From: Tubulanus polymorphus
Taxonomy: Eukaryota; Animalia; Nemertea
Assembly: GCF_964204645.1 (NCBI RefSeq)
Contig: NC_134026.1
Location: 26,756,150-26,820,149 of the forward strand
Direction of reading: 5' to 3'
Length of the DNA: 64,000 nucleotides
Shown here: piece by piece, positions 59,370 through 64,000 of the stretch
Position numbering within the stretch: the stretch's first letter is position 1
Layout: the number at the start of each line of letters is the position of its first letter
Made by a program: the position numbers and the translations under genes
Notes under the pieces: generated by a model
What the model saw: the letters and a program-made list of their open reading frames with translations, nothing else
Database searches by the model: none
Told to the model about the DNA's origin: nothing

Positions 59370-60855
59370 ACTACGTCATCAATATATCCGGGGTGGACTG
59401 GTTGCTCATCAATTCAATTCAATTATCGACATACTTAAATCCAAAATAACTTCATTAAATTACGCAATATATGTATTATTTTTCAAGGCTCCAATAAACT
59501 TTCAAGTTAATTTTCTTGTTTGGTTCATGCCTTATAACATATCTATCTGTTTGGTGTGTGGGAGGCAACCAAACTCTTGCAAGCGATGAAACATCATGAG
59601 CCTGCATCTGTCGGCTTATAGAATTATTTTGATTGACCTACATGTCAAAATGCTACTATATTCAATTCTGTTTATAAAGTGGGGTTTTTTATTTAACATG
59701 AGACTCGACTTGTGAGTCATGTTTATTATCTGTTATCGTGTTACCTGGTTTGGTACTTTTTCATCATTACAATGTTTGCTTGGGTCTAAAAAATCAATTT
59801 CATTGGGATCTATTAACGTATTCGAGCTACATTTAATCACCATGCTTCCTTGGCCAATCTGGATCCCCTGAGACAAGCGAATGACAAATCACTAGTGGAA
59901 AGATTGTCAGTGCTGATCAAAATAACATTTGCATATGAAAGGCATGTGTTATTTTATGATACGAACTGATGGTGTAAAGCGCCATTATTACCTTTCTCAA
60001 AGCTTCCAATTAACTTAAAATATGGGCGAGATTTATATTATAATGTCTGTCAGTAGCAGTTAGAAATAATGGTCATAGAAATTTAATGCATACAATTCAA
60101 TGGATGCGCAATTCAACCTGTAAGCCTAGGAAATTAGTTGAGATATAAGCAAATTTTAATTGCCCGTTTTGGAAAAAAGCCACACCCTGAAGGAAACATT
60201 TTTTAGCTGAAAGAGGGGTGTGTCCAGCATTTATTTGTTTGATCAATTAACGACTTTGAAAGGACATTAAGCCTTTAATTCGTATAGCTTCCATGCAGAT
60301 CACTGAATGAAATCAATGAGTTTTCATTTTTTGTTCGAATCTTTGCTATTCATTTTCTGGCTATGATATAGAGACATCTGTCGGTAAATGTTTGAACTAA
60401 AAAACATGCATTTGTTTACATGTTGGGCAGATATTCTTACATATCGGCTGAACTGCCTTAGATATTGATAACTGCGTGTACCTTGCACTATTTGAGGGGT
60501 TCTGTGTGAGTTGATGTACACTACCTCAAAAATAACAATTACAATTGTGAATATTGGCATCAAGTAATTGATTAAATTTCATGACTCTAAATTTCTATTT
60601 AATGAATTTCTATGTCTCTTTGATAATGAATTTTAATGGTAATTAGGATATTGTGTGAGTGGATATGTACTACGTCATCAATGTTGAGGCTAGTCTGGTC
60701 AATTGAATTGAATTCAATTGTCAAAATATTCAAAGTCAAAATAACTTAACCGATCCTTAAAATTATTATTCATATTGTATTTATTCATTGTCAGCAATAT
60801 AAAAGCGGCGTGTATGCGATATTTTTCAGTGAACTTTCAAGTTAGTTTTCTGTTT
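59370..60855. repeat. Diverged direct duplication (~59370-59520 and ~60669-60855)
   Basis: Collinear shared blocks ACTACGTCATCAAT, AATT(C/G)AATTCAATT, CAAAATAACTT and AACTTTCAAGTTA. Confidence 0.6.
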
Positions 60856-63800
60856 TAAATTGTTCATATATCAATAGTGAGACTGTATTTGGGTAGTTCA
60901 TCGTAATCAATGGAATATCTATTGATTATCATCACGAACGAGTACGATTTATTAAATCAGTTTGAAATTATATCTGGTTTATTCTGTCGAGGTGCATTCT
61001 CAAAAGAATTGTATTACCAATGACTAATTATTCAGATTATTCATAAATTCATTTACTGTCATACGCGCGCAGCGGGGGTTTGTGGGCTCAGTTCTGTTTA
61101 ACTTCCTGTAACTTGCGTGACACGATGCATTATAAACGCCGCTATCTTTACACAACAGGTTTATCCATCTATCAGAATAGCCGGTGATATTTGATAAATC
61201 AATCTTGATTTCCTCGATGTCATTACTCGATGCACTGTCTATAGTAATCGATCTTTTTCTCTTGATTATCACGGAAAACAATACTCGCGATCAATTACAT
61301 TTTCTCTACTGAAAATTCTGTTTAGCTTGGATGGAGTTTGGATATATATATACAAAAAAAGAATTTTAAATGCAGCTGTTATTTTATGATTTTTGTAAAT
61401 AGACACACCTGTATGATACATGGACTTGTCAATGAAAAATGTATCACAAACAAATACATATATATTCATGTAGACTCTTGTTTATATTCTTGTGCGCAGT
61501 TTTTGATATAGTACTAACCGCATAATGCTGCCATTCAGTTAAGATAAATTTTAGTTAATGGAAAATTTTTTATATTCTAGTCCAGCATATGTTTTTGCGC
61601 ATGTTGTCAGTGGGTGTTCAATTGATTTAGGATTTCGCAATATATGTACATGATTGCCTGATAATTATCATATCCAAACATCTGTGACATGAAGTGTGTT
61701 CTTATTTCCACATAAAATGGGAACAAACTGCATGAAGTTAATTGATCAGGCTTTTTAGAATTATAAAATGCTTAGAGTGCATCTGGAATAAACTGTGAAA
61801 AACGCAAAGCGCATAGCTTTCATTGGAGGTCATGTTTTCTTGTTACTTCCACCAAATGATATTGAAATATTCCTAATAGAATGAATAATTTTATTGTTTA
61901 AAGTTTTATATGATCCTCAAGCTAATGATGGTGGGCCCAGTTTATGGAAGGAACCATGGGGAACACTTTAAATTTATTTTCTTCATTTCTGTTCGTTTAT
62001 GGTTGAAACAACTGTCGAATTCACAAGGATGTGGTTTAAGGTAGTATTTCTGTATAAAATAGGGCCTATGGAAAGATGAATAAGGAATTCAGCGATAGAT
62101 ATGTCACATTTCTTAGAAAACTATTCAATTTATAATGCAGGAACTTGTAGTACAGGGCCTTTATTACCATGAATTAAATAGAGTAGGTGTCTTGATATTC
62201 ATTCCGATCTAAGAAATCTATTAAAACTGGTGGGTGGAAAAAGGAAGTATATGTTAGTACTAAAGTGTTTACCGATATCAAGGCTTTTGATAAGGGATCA
62301 ATAAATGACAGATTCTGCTTACTCGAATCCCTAAGGTTATCTTTTCCTGTACTTGTCGCAACCATAAACAAATTGAACCTGTGAGATTGTAGCTCGACAT
62401 CAGATATGTTTCGTATTCATAATCCACTATTTCATGGCATCTTTATTTCTTGGTAACTATGAAATCGCTCTGACAGAGTTTTATCCATGAGTGGGTTTTG
62501 CAGCACTGCACTGGGTGGCACTTTGTCAATGTACATTCTACGTGGGTCAAATGCTGGTCATAGTTCAGAGAGTGTCTATGATAATGATTTGTCGTAAAAC
62601 CGGATCTGACTTGATACGACCTTCTCTCCCTCAGGGAACCTTCATGGCAGGGATTTCGCCTATCAACCCTTGCTGGCCAGTTAAGAGCTATATACACATT
62701 TTCTCTCTCATTAAGTTTTATATCCTAAGTGCTCATGGAGTTTTAGTACATAGTAGATAATCAGATAATTCCAGCACTCGGTGCCCTTTTCTTCATCATA
62801 AACCAACTACCGGTAACTGCTAGCATTCTCAAGATGTGGCTATGCTGTTTTTGGGACAAATATTTTCAGAATTCATACATTCATAGCATAAGAACATGTG
62901 GATTCTGTAGGCATTCAAATTAATCGTTAGGATAGTGCAGAATAGCAATGTATATATAATGATCCTGGGAATGTCATAAATCGTACATTCCCTGTATTAT
63001 ATATTTGCCTTTTTCAACTTGGAGAATTAATTGGGCATGCAATGTAGCTCACTAACATGTATTTGGGCAATGGGCTCAATTGGAAATTTAAGTGACTGAC
63101 AATCTTAAACCTTGGGTATTACATGGTTGCTTACACTTAATATTGTGAACGCTACATTAGAGTGTGGGAAAATAATCCAGATTTTCTGTTAAAATGAAAG
63201 TAATTAGCAAAAAAAGAAATTTCACAGATTTGTATTAGATGATAATGATACAGTCAAACACATAAGTCGTCATGTTACAAGTCATATAATCACCTAGGTT
63301 ATAATCCAGTTTTTCTGACTTAAGTAGCACTAGCTCATGGAAGTCATAAAAAGTCATTACGTCCCAAGCTCTACGACAAACAAAAGTCTGAATGTAAAAT
63401 TGGATGAAATATAGGCTGTCCCCATTACGATACCTTAAATCTATGTTCTTTTCTAGACCAGTAAAACAGTTAAATATCGTGTAAAAGTTATGATTGTTAC
63501 CAGATTTTGAAAAAAAATATCAGCATGCAAATTGAACAGTTTAATCAGTATAACCTGCTGGATTATTCATGTAATCTGAAACTAACCATTGAACTATAAA
63601 AATGTATGATCCATTGCACTATCAGTATCAGCACTGATTAATCTGAACTAATGACATGTATTATTTTAATCTGTTATGGATGATGATGATGAGGATTATT
63701 ACACTGCTGGTTATTGAATAAATTTAACAGGTGTATAGTGCCCTGACAGGTGGCATTAGACACACATGCGAATATCTACAGCGGGGAGGAAACTGATGAC

Positions 63801-64000
63801 TAGAATAGCCAGGTGAATAAACTATACCATTCACTTCGCTTTTCAATCCATTCATGAATTAAACAACAGTATTGCACAATTAAACAACATCTGGCATGAT
63901 TTCCTTCCTCCTACTTTTGATAATAGTTGACCAATCTCTAAAGCGTGCAACCTATATTTGTTTTTCCCATCCCTGTAGTATTAGAACTAATATATTTGGA

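Noticed and set aside
57900-64000. Short ORFs (for example 61024-61281, 62174-62371, 62443-62697)
   Set aside because: No recognisable domains, mostly non-ATG starts or intron-like composition, and no consistent splice phases found.

Overview
AT-rich animal genomic DNA with compact GT-AG introns (mostly about 65-150 nt), probably from a lophotrochozoan-type invertebrate; no prokaryotic features. Gene order: 3' end of a coiled-coil gene (+); three Src-family kinases (two divergent on -, one canonical on +); PhyH-type dioxygenase (+); ACP5/TRAP (+); LAPTM4 (-); a ~16.5 kb C8orf89-like locus (+); achaete-scute-like bHLH (-); two intronless profilins (-); CSE1L/exportin-2 (+); OST4 (-); then ~7 kb without recognisable coding sequence. 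Several MITEs and a 547-bp foldback element are present. The standout is the C8orf89-like locus. Between 26 and 41 kb lie about 12-16 mutually unrelated ATG-initiated exons. Nearly all end at a phase-2 GT donor, so each can splice in frame onto one shared four-exon constant region (41402-42517). This variable-first-exon/constant-region layout resembles clustered protocadherins or UGT1A, but here the variable exons are non-paralogous apart from a short LP-x-[ILV] motif. All splicing is inferred from sequence; there are no transcript data.
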